From UHGV virus genome UHGV-1660455: a stretch of 22,842 bases of DNA; one strand, written 5' to 3'. Of the stretch, positions 1 through 9,741 are shown in pieces (positions within the stretch are counted from its first letter, which is position 1; every line of letters begins with the position of its first letter). Below the pieces are notes generated by a model. The model was not told the origin of the DNA. It searched no databases and saw only the letters and a list, made by a program, of their open reading frames with translations. The translations under genes and the position numbers were made by a program. This DNA comes from a virus.

Positions 1-72
1 CGGATGAATATGATGATCTCATATCAGGAACTTGTTCGCACCTTCCCTAACTGTGTTATAGACTACTAAATA

Positions 73-96
73 TTAACCCCTCAAAAGAGGGGTTAA
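73..96 (-). terminator. Perfect palindromic hairpin (TTAACCCCTC-AAAA-GAGGGGTTAA) immediately 3' of the J stop; putative intrinsic terminator ending the late tail operon
   Basis: 10-bp perfect inverted repeat with a 4-nt loop read directly from the sequence, flanked by A/T-rich sequence; sits 5 nt beyond the J stop codon at 101-103. Confidence 0.45.
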
Positions 97-100
97 TATT

Positions 101-3100
101 TTAACCTGTGAATGAACCAGATCCGTGTGATACTATGACAGTAGGCGAATAAATGGACGCGCCCCTGTTATTTTGAGCGGACACTTTAATACGTACTGTT
201 ACGTTTGGACCTGTTACAACAGCAGAATGCATAATAAGTCTCTCCACGTCTTGCACAGATGAACCACTCTCATTGCCGTTAATATTGATTAGTCCTGCAC
301 CATTACCTTTAACGTTTGCTATAACACAGACGTGTCTTGCGTGCCCAGAACTGGATGAATCCGTATAAGTTATTACCTTTTCTAAAAGGCCGTCACTAGA
401 CCGACTAACGTCAGTTCCGGTGTGCATATTTGCAATGTCCCCGATAAAACTTTGGGCTTCCACAGTCCCTTTGAATTTACCGCTTGTTGCTTGTATCTCA
501 CCAGTAAATCTACCGCCACTAGCATATACTACACCTCTGACGGTCACATTGTTGAATTCAGCATCTCCAGCTTTATTCAACTTCCAACCAGCAGAACCAG
601 CTGCATAGTTGTTGGACTGGATATAGTTGCCGATTTTTGCGTTCTCAATGGTGCCGTCCTGGATGAAGCTGGCCCGGATGAATGTCTGTCCATTCTGGAT
701 CACAAACGGCAAAGCCACGCTATTTCCGGCTGCCGTGGTGACGGCGAAGCGATCAGCCAGGAAGATAACCTGCGACTGCATGCCGGATGGCGTATTCTCC
801 ACGCCGATACCCATCCCCGCGGCGTAATACTGACCGTTGCTGGAAACGCCAACCTTGATGTTGTACATCGCGCTGAGGTCGCCATTAACGTTTGCTATCG
901 CCTGAGCGTTAGTGGTGATGGCGGAGGTATGCCCGTTCACGGTCGCCGTAATGCCGTTTATCTGCGTGGCCGTAGCCTGCTGATAGTCGGAGAACGTCTG
1001 ATTCAGGCTGTTTATGGATGCCTTGTTGCCGTTGACATCCGTCTGCAGGCTCAGCAGAGAACGCGCCGTTGCCTCCTTCTCGTTAACGATTACCTCATCA
1101 ATACGATCCAGCTGCGCACTGTTCCCTGCGACCGAAGCTGACAACGATTTACGCGTAGCCACTTGTGCCAGCCCGTTCTGGATAATTGCGATAGCAGAGT
1201 TCTTCACCCCGCCCGTCATGCCGTCCATAGACACGCTGATGCTGTCGATTCGCTGGCCCAGTGCGGTATCAGCAGTCGCAACAGTCTGCTCAAGATCTGA
1301 GAGAGAAGACGACACATCACCGACCGTGCTAGAAAGCTCATTAACGCTGGTCTGAACCTGCCCGATGTCCTGCGCGTTTTTTGCGATTTCCTGCGCCTGG
1401 AGTTCAAGTTCATCGTTGGCCTGTTTGATGTCGTCAGCCATGCCAGCAATTTTTTCATTGCTGTCCACAGCGTTCTCGATCAGGTCTTTGAACGTCTCAG
1501 ACCCTTTGATGTCTTCAAGGATCACATCTGTGATGTCAGAAACGTCGATACTGGCCTGCCCACGAACCCAGCCGGTATAACCTGACTCGTTACCGCTGCG
1601 GTCAACCAGCTGCGCGCGGTACCAGAAAATCTGCCCCGCTTTAAGGCCCATCTGCTGATATTTACGCTGTGGGTATGGCACATCAGCCAGCAACATCGCA
1701 TCGTCCTCAGTACCGGTCAGGCTGTACTGAATTTCCGTCTTCAGTGTATCGTCCGTATTGGCCGGGAACCCCCAGTTCAGCTCGATACCGAACACCACGT
1801 TTTCAGACGCGATGAAACCCACCGGCTTCGGCGGATTCCCGTCCTTGCCCGTCAGTGTTTTCTCTTCTGAATATCCCCATCCGGACGAAATTTCAGCGGC
1901 ATTGATGGCACGCACGCGAACCAGGTAGCGTCCCGCATAAATACCCGGAACATCGAACGATGTGGTGGAGCTGCGCGGCACATTGACCCAGTTCCCGTCA
2001 TTGCGGCGCCACTGTGCTTCATAGGCGATGGCGTTCTTCGCCTGGTCCCAGCTGACGCGCATGGTCTGAACGTTCACATTCTGCTGAACCACAGAGAATG
2101 AATTGATGACGATGTTGGCTGGCGGGGACTGATTACCTGGTGGAATAATACTTATTGGCCGCTGGTCGATAATGGCACCGGTATCGATACGCGCATATTT
2201 ATCCGGATCGTGCAAAGCGCCAGCAATCGAATACGTTCCGTCATTATTATCCGTAACGCTGATAACGCGATATTGCTGCGCGTAAAGCTCTTCAGACTCG
2301 ACAATCCACACCGATTCCACTGCAGGTGTTTCGCTGTATGCCGTTGTCACAGTGACGGCCCGCCCGTTTACGCTCTGTATCGTCCTGCTCTGCGATGCGC
2401 CGGACGGAAGGTTAACCATCAGACGGCTTCCGGGAGCGGCTGCCGAATCACGATCAAGCGTGATAACGCGACCGTTAACCGCGCTGATGCGCCCTCCCAT
2501 CACTTTTCCGGAAAGCAGCTCATCGGCAACCGCGATGATATAACCAGGCTGTGGGATCTTACCGTCAAGACCAACATCGAACGACACGATGCGATCCTTG
2601 TTATTGGTCAGGATACCCCAACGTCCTTTGCGGTTTGCCTCTGACTGCCGGGTACAACCAATGGCTGTCATTTCGAGCTGATTTGTGCCAAAGCGAGCAA
2701 CGAGATCCTGCTCAAATACAGGCTCCATCGCATCCGCGTAGGCATTACCAGGATCGGACCAGGAAACCAGTGCCGTGGTATAGCGGGTTTTGGTGGTGCT
2801 GCCCGAATAGGTAAAGCGCCCATTAACCACGTTTGCACGCGTGTAGCTGTAATCCACATCGCGGGGCATATCCGCCAGCGCAACGATTTGATCGCCACCC
2901 CAGTACGTCATGCCCCGGAATATCGCCGCAAAATCACGTAACACGGTATAGGCGTCATTCCTCTCCTGCACGTACACGTTACAGGTATAGCGAGGCTCAG
3001 TGCCGCTACCGCCTTTACCATCAGGAACCGGCTGATCGCAATATTGCGCGACCTGATAAAGCGTCCATTTATCAATATTGGCCGCCGTCAGGCGATTGCC

Positions 3101-3991
3101 CAGCCCAAAGCGGTCGCTCACCACCAGATCGTAAAAAATCCAGGCTGGATTATCCGTCCACGCCCACTTAAACGCCCCTGTCCATGTGCCGCTGTAGGTG
3201 CGGGTCTCCGGGTCATACGTATCCGGAACGCGGATTACACGCCCTCGCGGTTCGCAGGATATTTGCGGGATAGAGCCGTTAAACTGGCTTGAGTCGAATT
3301 CGATGTACAGCAGCGCGGTATTTGGATAACGCAGTTTGGCGTCAATAACCTCTGTGTAGCTCTGCAGCGTCATCGTGTCGCCAATTTTCGCGCTGTTGGC
3401 ATCCGCCGTAAGCTTACGCAGGCGCACCGTCCATGTACTGCCTGCCTGTGGTAAATCGATACGATGGCTGCGTTCGTAGCCGGAAGTTGTCTTGCCGGTT
3501 ACGCTGGTATTAAGTACCGTCTGCCAGGTGCCGCCATCGGTCTGCAGATCAATAGCGTAGTTAATTGAATAGCCAACCAGATCGCCATCATCCTCCTGTT
3601 TAAAAAGCGATGGCCACTTGAGGCGCAGGCGAACGGCTGACAGTTGCGTGTTGGTAAAGGTATGTGTCCAGCCGGTGGTGCTTGACACTTCGGTGCCCAC
3701 GCTGATTTCATTTTCTGTGCCGGGGACACCCTGAATATATTTTTGTGCCTGAGTCCCCGGACGAAATTCCCACGCCACGCCACTGAAGTTTTGCGATCCG
3801 TCTGCATTCTCCAGTGGCGTGCCATCGAGATAGATATCCTTCGCCGTCAACTGCCCTGCAAATTCGCCCTCTCCCAGTGCAACAAGAATTTTGGCTTTCG
3901 CTACGGACTGGAGATCGTCTGGTTGTTCAGTCGGGGTGCGTGAACTGGAGCTGCCGCCCTTGCGGCCTCTAATCGGAGTAGATGTAGCCAT
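101..3991 (-). CDS. J: Tail tip / host specificity protein J (central tail fibre), 1296 aa; mosaic with a non-lambda C-terminal region
   Basis: Uninterrupted 1296-aa ORF. N-terminal and central parts are recognisably like lambda J (fibronectin-III-like middle region), and it sits last in the conserved order ...M-L-K-I-J. Confidence 0.93.
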   Translation of the reverse strand: MATSTPIRGRKGGSSSSRTPTEQPDDLQSVAKAKILVALGEGEFAGQLTAKDIYLDGTPLENADGSQNFSGVAWEFRPGTQAQKYIQGVPGTENEISVGTEVSSTTGWTHTFTNTQLSAVRLRLKWPSLFKQEDDGDLVGYSINYAIDLQTDGGTWQTVLNTSVTGKTTSGYERSHRIDLPQAGSTWTVRLRKLTADANSAKIGDTMTLQSYTEVIDAKLRYPNTALLYIEFDSSQFNGSIPQISCEPRGRVIRVPDTYDPETRTYSGTWTGAFKWAWTDNPAWIFYDLVVSDRFGLGNRLTAANIDKWTLYQVAQYCDQPVPDGKGGSGTEPRYTCNVYVQERNDAYTVLRDFAAIFRGMTYWGGDQIVALADMPRDVDYSYTRANVVNGRFTYSGSTTKTRYTTALVSWSDPGNAYADAMEPVFEQDLVARFGTNQLEMTAIGCTRQSEANRKGRWGILTNNKDRIVSFDVGLDGKIPQPGYIIAVADELLSGKVMGGRISAVNGRVITLDRDSAAAPGSRLMVNLPSGASQSRTIQSVNGRAVTVTTAYSETPAVESVWIVESEELYAQQYRVISVTDNNDGTYSIAGALHDPDKYARIDTGAIIDQRPISIIPPGNQSPPANIVINSFSVVQQNVNVQTMRVSWDQAKNAIAYEAQWRRNDGNWVNVPRSSTTSFDVPGIYAGRYLVRVRAINAAEISSGWGYSEEKTLTGKDGNPPKPVGFIASENVVFGIELNWGFPANTDDTLKTEIQYSLTGTEDDAMLLADVPYPQRKYQQMGLKAGQIFWYRAQLVDRSGNESGYTGWVRGQASIDVSDITDVILEDIKGSETFKDLIENAVDSNEKIAGMADDIKQANDELELQAQEIAKNAQDIGQVQTSVNELSSTVGDVSSSLSDLEQTVATADTALGQRIDSISVSMDGMTGGVKNSAIAIIQNGLAQVATRKSLSASVAGNSAQLDRIDEVIVNEKEATARSLLSLQTDVNGNKASINSLNQTFSDYQQATATQINGITATVNGHTSAITTNAQAIANVNGDLSAMYNIKVGVSSNGQYYAAGMGIGVENTPSGMQSQVIFLADRFAVTTAAGNSVALPFVIQNGQTFIRASFIQDGTIENAKIGNYIQSNNYAAGSAGWKLNKAGDAEFNNVTVRGVVYASGGRFTGEIQATSGKFKGTVEAQSFIGDIANMHTGTDVSRSSDGLLEKVITYTDSSSSGHARHVCVIANVKGNGAGLININGNESGSSVQDVERLIMHSAVVTGPNVTVRIKVSAQNNRGASIYSPTVIVSHGSGSFTG

Positions 3992-4002
3992 ATTGCGCCC
4001 AT

Positions 4003-4026
4003 AAAAAAGGCCACCCTGAGGTGGCC
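4003..4026 (-). terminator. GC-rich hairpin (GGCCACC-CTGA-GGTGGCC) followed by a U6 run on the minus-strand transcript, between I and J; terminator-like or attenuator element
   Basis: 7-bp perfect stem at 4009-4015/4020-4026, preceded on the plus strand by AAAAAA (4003-4008), which is UUUUUU after the hairpin on the minus-strand RNA; lies in a 52-bp I-J spacer. Confidence 0.5.
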
Positions 4027-4043
4027 TGAAAGGAGGTTTTTAT

Positions 4044-4634
4044 TTATTGCTGGTCTTCGACATAAATCCCGGCAGAAATAATCGCACCGCCGATTTGCCG
4101 ACGACCATAAAGAAGCGGTACCGGATAGCCCTGCGCGGCGGTGTTGGTGACTCCACCGAACGCGTATGAGGCGCGGTTATCTGAACTCTGTTTGCTGGCC
4201 AGCCCCGCTGGTTGAGGGGAAAGCATCTGAACAACCCCGCCAATCATCATTGCGGCACCGAATTTGTATAAGAATGGTGATGCCGCAGCCCAGGGTGTGA
4301 AATTAAGCACCGCCCCAACGGCAACCAGAACTGCACCAAGTATTGTCTGGAGTAATCCGGCCTTTTTGCTCCCGATAATCACCGGGACAATGCGAATGAC
4401 ATCGCCGGTGACCGGGTAACCCAGGTCATCAACACCAATATTCTTTTTCCCTTTGAATACTGAATAAGTGAGACCACGGCGTTGGCTGGAAATCATAAAC
4501 TGCTCAAAGCCCGGTATAGTCTTTGCCAGCGCAACACTCGCTTCGTTCACGCGGGAAATCAGGCGATGGTGAACTTTACCGAATGTTTTCCCGAGCACGC
4601 CGCCAAGCTCAATGCGGGTCATTACTTCCTGCAT
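4044..4634 (-). CDS. I: Tail assembly protein I
   Basis: 196-aa ORF between K and J in lambda order; hydrophobic central segment. An alternative start at 4622 overlaps the K stop (TAATG). Confidence 0.85.
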   Translation of the reverse strand: MQEVMTRIELGGVLGKTFGKVHHRLISRVNEASVALAKTIPGFEQFMISSQRRGLTYSVFKGKKNIGVDDLGYPVTGDVIRIVPVIIGSKKAGLLQTILGAVLVAVGAVLNFTPWAAASPFLYKFGAAMMIGGVVQMLSPQPAGLASKQSSDNRASYAFGGVTNTAAQGYPVPLLYGRRQIGGAIISAGIYVEDQQ

Positions 4635-5392
4635 GTTTCACCTGCCATTACATCTTTATAGCGAACGATCTTCATTGTGCGCTCCTGCCAGTATCCGCCA
4701 TAAGGAACACGTTGACTCAGATGCCCGTAAAGATGGTGCAGCAGCATGTTACCCTCCAGTAAAATCCCGGCATGATTCCACTTATCGGCCTGCACCTGCA
4801 TGATGACGAGGTCCCCTTCCTGAGGCGGACCATCAAACTCCCTGAATCCGCACTCGTACCAGCACTCCTGATAGAAATTGTCCGGGTAGTCGTTTTCCCA
4901 CCAGGGATAATCCACCCGGTAATCGTGGAGCTCGATACAGTGGGTCTGCCGGAAATAGCTCATTACCAGACCCCAGCAATCGAAGTGGCCAAGCACGAAC
5001 GGACGCTCCAGCAATGGCAGCTCCCCGCGTGGCTGAATGGTACGTAAATCCCCCTCTGGCCAGCTCACAATATGCCAGGGCAGCAGCGTTGCATCACACT
5101 GCGCCTTATCCAGCTCGCTGGCCTGCGTCGTCGCATCAGGATGGCTGTGAACAATGGCCACCACCGTCCCCCAGTCTTCTGCCGCTGCGTAATCTTCGGG
5201 GGACAGGTGAAAATGTTCAGTCGGCTCTGCTGCGAGATTACGACAGGGAAAATAGCGCTCAACCCGGCTTTTCTGTGCCACCACGCCGCAGCACTCTCGC
5301 GGATATTCCGCTGCAGCGTGTGCCATGATGGCATCAATGGTTTTCTGGCGCATATCAGCTCCTGATAAGGGATGTACCGGGGAAACCGCCAA
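4622..5392 (-). CDS. K: Tail assembly protein K (JAB/MPN plus NlpC/P60-like fold); true start probably the internal Met at 5353
   Basis: ORF with the conserved ...AEYPRECCGVV... and HSHP motifs typical of lambda K; sits between L and I. The ATG at 5353 lies 1 nt after the L stop. Confidence 0.88.
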   Translation of the reverse strand: MAVSPVHPLSGADMRQKTIDAIMAHAAAEYPRECCGVVAQKSRVERYFPCRNLAAEPTEHFHLSPEDYAAAEDWGTVVAIVHSHPDATTQASELDKAQCDATLLPWHIVSWPEGDLRTIQPRGELPLLERPFVLGHFDCWGLVMSYFRQTHCIELHDYRVDYPWWENDYPDNFYQECWYECGFREFDGPPQEGDLVIMQVQADKWNHAGILLEGNMLLHHLYGHLSQRVPYGGYWQERTMKIVRYKDVMAGETCRK

Positions 5393-6110
5393 ACGGCAGC
5401 TCGTTGCTGTCTCCGTGCCGGAGCTTGCAGGCCGTCAGCGTGCCGTTGCAGACATCCAGCGATGGATCGTCAACCGGATTATTGTTTTTGTCGAAATAGC
5501 GCGTTCCGGCATAGTCGCAGCCGTCGCCGGTCCGGTACTTGTTCCGGATGCACCAGCTGCATAACGAATGCAGCTGCCGCGTGGGTATCATCTGGCCCTG
5601 TAAATCCATCGGACTGGAAAGCGTAAATTCAACAGATTCATCCGTCTCGGTGCTTCTGGCATCGATATAAAAGACCTTCAGCTTTTCCTGTGACGGGTCT
5701 GCAGTGGGATTGCCCTGCGGAAAATTTCTGGCGTCCAGATACTGTGCCAGCGTGTCGTGGATACTCACTTTCGCCTGCAGCAGATCGTCATACGCCAGAC
5801 AGAGCGCTGAGATCGAGCTGTCCAGGTTCGCCACACTCAGTTTTGGCTGTGGACTGGTACCGTCCGTAGTCGCTTCAATACCCTCAACCTGACACGGCCA
5901 GGCTTTATACTCCTCCCCCTGCCACCAGATGGACTTCGCCGGAAGTTTATTCTCATCCCCGCCTGCAGCCTCAATCTCTTCCGGGGTATGCGCGATATTA
6001 TGTGCGTGGAAGCGGAGTACATCTGACATACCGAACGCTGTGCCATCGACAGAAAAAAGCCGGACTTCATTGCCCGGCTCGAGTTTTTGATAATCAGCAT
6101 TAAGACTCAT
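5355..6110 (-). CDS. L: Minor tail protein L
   Basis: 251-aa ORF following M in lambda order; Cys-rich C-terminus (possible Fe-S site) as in lambda L. Confidence 0.88.
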   Translation of the reverse strand: MSLNADYQKLEPGNEVRLFSVDGTAFGMSDVLRFHAHNIAHTPEEIEAAGGDENKLPAKSIWWQGEEYKAWPCQVEGIEATTDGTSPQPKLSVANLDSSISALCLAYDDLLQAKVSIHDTLAQYLDARNFPQGNPTADPSQEKLKVFYIDARSTETDESVEFTLSSPMDLQGQMIPTRQLHSLCSWCIRNKYRTGDGCDYAGTRYFDKNNNPVDDPSLDVCNGTLTACKLRHGDSNELPFGGFPGTSLIRS

Positions 6111-6454
6111 GGTGCAAATGCCTGTTCAAACGTTGCGGTTACGGTTATCACTTTTACGTTTTTAACCACCTTTTTGAGCGTGTCAGCCTCGACACGCCAC
6201 AGCGCGGTATCGCCGAAAGGCGGTGTGAAAATAAACGACTTCACTTTATGCCGCCGAAGGAAAGCGTGAATTTCATTCGCTGTAGTCGGATCCCCTGAAA
6301 AGGAATATTCATAGGTACGAATCTCATCATTCAGGCCGGAGCCGCTCACCTGTGCGTACCCGTCGCCGAACTGGACCTTCCTGACTGTGTCTTTGCTTCC
6401 CTCGGTGGGCTGGCTGGAAACCTTAATGCCCCAGGGGAATGTTTCTATCGTCAT
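6107..6454 (-). CDS. M: Minor tail protein M
   Basis: 115-aa ORF immediately after H, overlapping the L start by 4 nt; size and position match lambda M. Confidence 0.88.
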   Translation of the reverse strand: MTIETFPWGIKVSSQPTEGSKDTVRKVQFGDGYAQVSGSGLNDEIRTYEYSFSGDPTTANEIHAFLRRHKVKSFIFTPPFGDTALWRVEADTLKKVVKNVKVITVTATFEQAFAP

Positions 6455-6459
6455 AACTG

Positions 6460-8976
6460 TTACCTGCGATTGGTCGCATTCCAGATAAGCCCACCGGGCT
6501 GGATTGCCCTGGCGATACCATCGTTGACAGATTTGTTAATCACCTGCTGATACGCCTTACCCAGCCTGTCTCCGTCGTTTTGCTGCTGTGCGTTACCGGA
6601 AGCATTCTCGACCGTCACCGGGGCATATACACTGACACCGAAAGGTGCTGCAGCCGGGCCTGTACCACCGCCCCCGACATACCCACCCGTGGCATACCCT
6701 TTCATCATCCGGTAAAGATTGCCGACGCCGATCCGGCTGGTAGCCTCTTTGGTGAAAACAAATTCACCACGGTGAACGACACCTGCAGGTTCATATTTCC
6801 CGCCTGAACCGGTATAACCGCCACCTGCAAATCCCAGCGCGGTTGTCGCTGAATCCACCAGGCCTACCATCGCCTGTTTCAGCAGGATCTGTGTCAGCAT
6901 GGAGAGCGTGGAGCGGGTGAAGTCAGCCCAGTCAGCCTTTCCGCGCGTCAGCATGTCAGCCATATTTTGCCCGATGCCATCAAACGCACTGGTGGCAGCC
7001 GACTTCATCTGGCCATAAGCATCTGAAGCAGAATCAACATAATCTGCCCATGCGGATTTGGCTCCGGACTGCCAGTCGTCCCGCAGCTTATCCTGCTCGG
7101 CGTAATACGCCTGCAGCGCCTGCAGCTCATTCTGATAACCAGCATCGTTCTCCGAACCACCACCATTTTTCCAGCCCTGAAGAAGCTGGGCCTCTTCATT
7201 GCGACGTTGTGCTGCACGACTGCTCATACCAGCACTTTCCGCAAGGGCTCGGGTTTTCTCGCCGATCTGCGTGACGTATTTTTGGGACGTATCCTGCAGG
7301 CGATTAAGCCGCTCCTGCGCCACTATCTGATCGCCGAGCTTCGCATTCAGCTCCGCACGGGAAAGCACCTCACTTTTACTGGCCAGCAGGGATTTTTCCT
7401 CAGCAGAAAGCGTTCGGGTCTTCGCGGCCTCTTCCAGAACCGTAAAGCGGGACTGCTGACGCCACAGCTCCTGACGCTGCTGGCTGATGGTGTCATTGAT
7501 GCTCTTATGCTCCTGCAGGGTGCGCAGCTGTGTCTGTAGCTCCAGCGTATGGGCACTGGCCGTATCGGTGGCACGGGCACCTGCGGGGGTTCTGATCGCC
7601 GGGGTCTTCTTCGGCTTTTTAAGGGTGTCTTCGTACTCTTTTTTCGCGGCAGCCAGGTTGATGTTGTAGTCAGCCTGGAGGATCCGCCCCTCTTTCAGCG
7701 CCTTGTTGAGCTCGCTCTGCCTGGCCGTGTATTTCTCCAGTGCCGTCTGCGTTTTGGCATAGTTTGCCTGTGCCTGCGCAGCATACTTCTGGCGATCCGA
7801 TTCCGCAGCCGCTTCGCGCGATGCATTCTCTTCGTTCGCCCTGGCAATTCCCGCCTGCTGCTGCGCCATATCCAGCGCAAGCCTGGCCGTTTCGCGGTCA
7901 TTCCAGAATCGGGCGCGAGCCTCATCATTGACATATCGGTCACCTTTACGCAGGTTCCAGATTTCATCAGCTTTTTTGAACGCGGCTTCGGCTTTTGCCA
8001 CCATCTCCTGCGCGGTGTCAGGTCGGCCAATATCGAGGGCTGCATCCCACATCGACTTGAAGGCGCGCTTCAGGGAGTCCGCTGAAGACTCTATCGTCCC
8101 CATATTGTCGCGGATGGCTTTGGTCTGATCGTTGAATCCGGCTGTAGCCGCCTCGTTAGCCGCCTGCAGTGCGCCAGCCTCATCACCGGCACGCTGCAGC
8201 TGCGCCACATGGGCAATCTGTTCTGCGGTAACGTTATGGAACTGCTGGGCCATCGCGATCAGGCCCGATGTCGGGTCAGTTGCGAGCTTGCCGTAGGCTG
8301 CAGCGACTTTCTCCACCGGCACGCCGGAGGCATCAGTAAACCGCGCCACCGCCTGGCTCATTTCATCAAAGCGCGAGCCAGTACGCACACCTGCATTGAT
8401 AAGCTCGGTCAGGGCTTCACTGGTCTGGTTGAACGTTAGCCCCGCTGCCTGTCCGTTCCGCGCCAGTGCCAGCATGCGGTCAGCTGTCAGTCCGGCTGTG
8501 TTCCCCGACAGTACCAGCGTTTTGTTGAAATCAGACAGAGTGGAAGAGCCCTGGTACCAGGCATAGAACAACGCGCCCGTTGCAACGGACAATGCACCAA
8601 TGCCGACCATCAACGGGGAAATCGTCCCCAGCAACGCCCGGAATGTCGGAATGATCCCGCCAAAGGAGTCCTTAACCTGACCGCCCTGCTGAAGCAGAAT
8701 CAGCCAGGGGTTCTGCCCACCCGCCAGCTGCGTGGCCACGTCAGTAAACTGCGCCGGAAGCATACGCATTGCTGCGTTATACTGGCCTATTGAAATACCC
8801 GCCTTGCGCGCGGCGTTCTCCTGGCGGCTAAAGGACTGCTGGATCCGTAGCGCTTCGTCGTTCGCCGCGCTGCCAGTCTGCTTTAATTCTTTTTTGACGT
8901 AGTTAAGCTGCTCGTTAAATTTCGTCGAGTTAACGTCAAGGTTAACGACCAGATCACCCACTGCCGTCTGGGCCAT
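6460..8976 (-). CDS. H: Tail tape measure protein H
   Basis: 838-aa ORF with Ala/Gln-rich coiled-coil core and Gly-rich C-terminus; N-terminus and the ...AMRMLPAQFTDVATQLAGGQ... segment recognisably lambda H-like. Confidence 0.93.
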   Translation of the reverse strand: MAQTAVGDLVVNLDVNSTKFNEQLNYVKKELKQTGSAANDEALRIQQSFSRQENAARKAGISIGQYNAAMRMLPAQFTDVATQLAGGQNPWLILLQQGGQVKDSFGGIIPTFRALLGTISPLMVGIGALSVATGALFYAWYQGSSTLSDFNKTLVLSGNTAGLTADRMLALARNGQAAGLTFNQTSEALTELINAGVRTGSRFDEMSQAVARFTDASGVPVEKVAAAYGKLATDPTSGLIAMAQQFHNVTAEQIAHVAQLQRAGDEAGALQAANEAATAGFNDQTKAIRDNMGTIESSADSLKRAFKSMWDAALDIGRPDTAQEMVAKAEAAFKKADEIWNLRKGDRYVNDEARARFWNDRETARLALDMAQQQAGIARANEENASREAAAESDRQKYAAQAQANYAKTQTALEKYTARQSELNKALKEGRILQADYNINLAAAKKEYEDTLKKPKKTPAIRTPAGARATDTASAHTLELQTQLRTLQEHKSINDTISQQRQELWRQQSRFTVLEEAAKTRTLSAEEKSLLASKSEVLSRAELNAKLGDQIVAQERLNRLQDTSQKYVTQIGEKTRALAESAGMSSRAAQRRNEEAQLLQGWKNGGGSENDAGYQNELQALQAYYAEQDKLRDDWQSGAKSAWADYVDSASDAYGQMKSAATSAFDGIGQNMADMLTRGKADWADFTRSTLSMLTQILLKQAMVGLVDSATTALGFAGGGYTGSGGKYEPAGVVHRGEFVFTKEATSRIGVGNLYRMMKGYATGGYVGGGGTGPAAAPFGVSVYAPVTVENASGNAQQQNDGDRLGKAYQQVINKSVNDGIARAIQPGGLIWNATNRR

Positions 8977-9307
8977 AGCGCACGCCTCCTGAAATACCTG
9001 CAGCCTTCGCCATCAGCGTATCGTCATCCGGATCATCGATGTCGATGGCTTCCGGTGCAGAGGAAAGAATGCTGAAACTGTCCGGGGTTAACTCCGGATC
9101 GGCAAAAAACAGGGTTGAGATGGTGTAGAGCAAGCCGGAGAAATGTGCGTCCAGCTGCGCATCATGAAAGTAATTGTCCTGGTAGAAGATTTTCCAGTCG
9201 CCGTATTCCGTTGAGGACATGCCAGCAAGCATGGCACGCCAGTCCGGGCGACCGAACTCACGCGCCAGTTTCATGGCAAACTTCAGCTCACTGGCGAGGG
9301 CTTTTCC
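8954..9307 (-). CDS. T: T segment of the tail assembly chaperone G-T fusion, reached by a programmed -1 frameshift from G (putative slip site GGAAAAG at 9301-9307)
   Basis: The ORF in the -1 frame relative to G stays open from the end of G through 8954. The heptamer G_GAA_AAG lies 7 codons before the G stop, at the position where lambda has G_GGA_AAG. Confidence 0.75.
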   Translation of the reverse strand, partial: GKALASELKFAMKLAREFGRPDWRAMLAGMSSTEYGDWKIFYQDNYFHDAQLDAHFSGLLYTISTLFFADPELTPDSFSILSSAPEAIDIDDPDDDTLMAKAAGISGGVRYGPDGSG

Positions 9308-9705
9308 GCAGTAACAGGTTCAGCGGGTTCATTACGTTCTTCACCGGGCTCAGCCTGGTCATCAGTGACCGGCGCAATCATCCCGGACAGGAGTTTCACC
9401 TTATATTCGGCTTCGGCAACAAGTTCGGTCGGCCATGTCTGCATGACCTCATCCTGAATCTGCTCCACTTCCGCCGCCGCGTTTTCTCCCTGCGATCCTT
9501 TAAGCGCGTGGCCATGCCAGAGTGACATTGCCACCAGATATGCTCCACTCTTCACGGTAAGGGTAATGGCAGCCTGAAAATCACCAGCTTCAACCGCCTC
9601 AAGTTGTTTCAGGTATTCGAGGTATTCAATACGCTGCAGCGCCGACAGCTGGAACAATGTGACGCTGCTGCCGTTACTTTCAAGCAGCTCGCTCTTTAGA
9701 AACAT
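9283..9705 (-). CDS. G: Tail assembly chaperone G
   Basis: 140-aa ORF, same length as lambda G, starting MFLK...; follows V. Confidence 0.9.
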   Translation of the reverse strand: MFLKSELLESNGSSVTLFQLSALQRIEYLEYLKQLEAVEAGDFQAAITLTVKSGAYLVAMSLWHGHALKGSQGENAAAEVEQIQDEVMQTWPTELVAEAEYKVKLLSGMIAPVTDDQAEPGEERNEPAEPVTAEKPSPVS

Positions 9706-9741
9706 AATTACTCCGGGGGAACGGGGCTTTCGCCCCGGTTA

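Noticed and set aside
1-72. Region downstream of J as a possible attachment site or start of lom/side tail fibre genes
   Set aside because: Only about 70 bp is available before the window edge, with no ORF and no recognisable att core; nothing can be supported.
422-1141. 239-aa plus-strand ORF, and many similar plus-strand ORFs (for example 2210-2644, 7549-8085, 9659-10204, 10433-11029, 11051-11449, 22065-22511), lying antisense to the phage structural genes
   Set aside because: Each sits entirely inside a well-supported minus-strand gene with clear lambda homology. Their translations are low-complexity (Arg/Ser/Pro-rich) with no recognisable motifs, as expected for shadow ORFs in GC-rich DNA.
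4040-4243. 67-aa minus-strand ORF overlapping the 3' end of gene I in another frame
   Set aside because: Fully embedded in I, no independent ribosome-binding site, no similarity to anything I recognise.
8954-9274. ORF-track entry treating T as an independent 106-aa gene starting at an internal ATG
   Set aside because: In lambda-like phages T is only made as the G-T fusion by -1 frameshifting. The frame is open upstream of this ATG into G and there is no separate ribosome-binding site; annotated instead as the frameshift extension.
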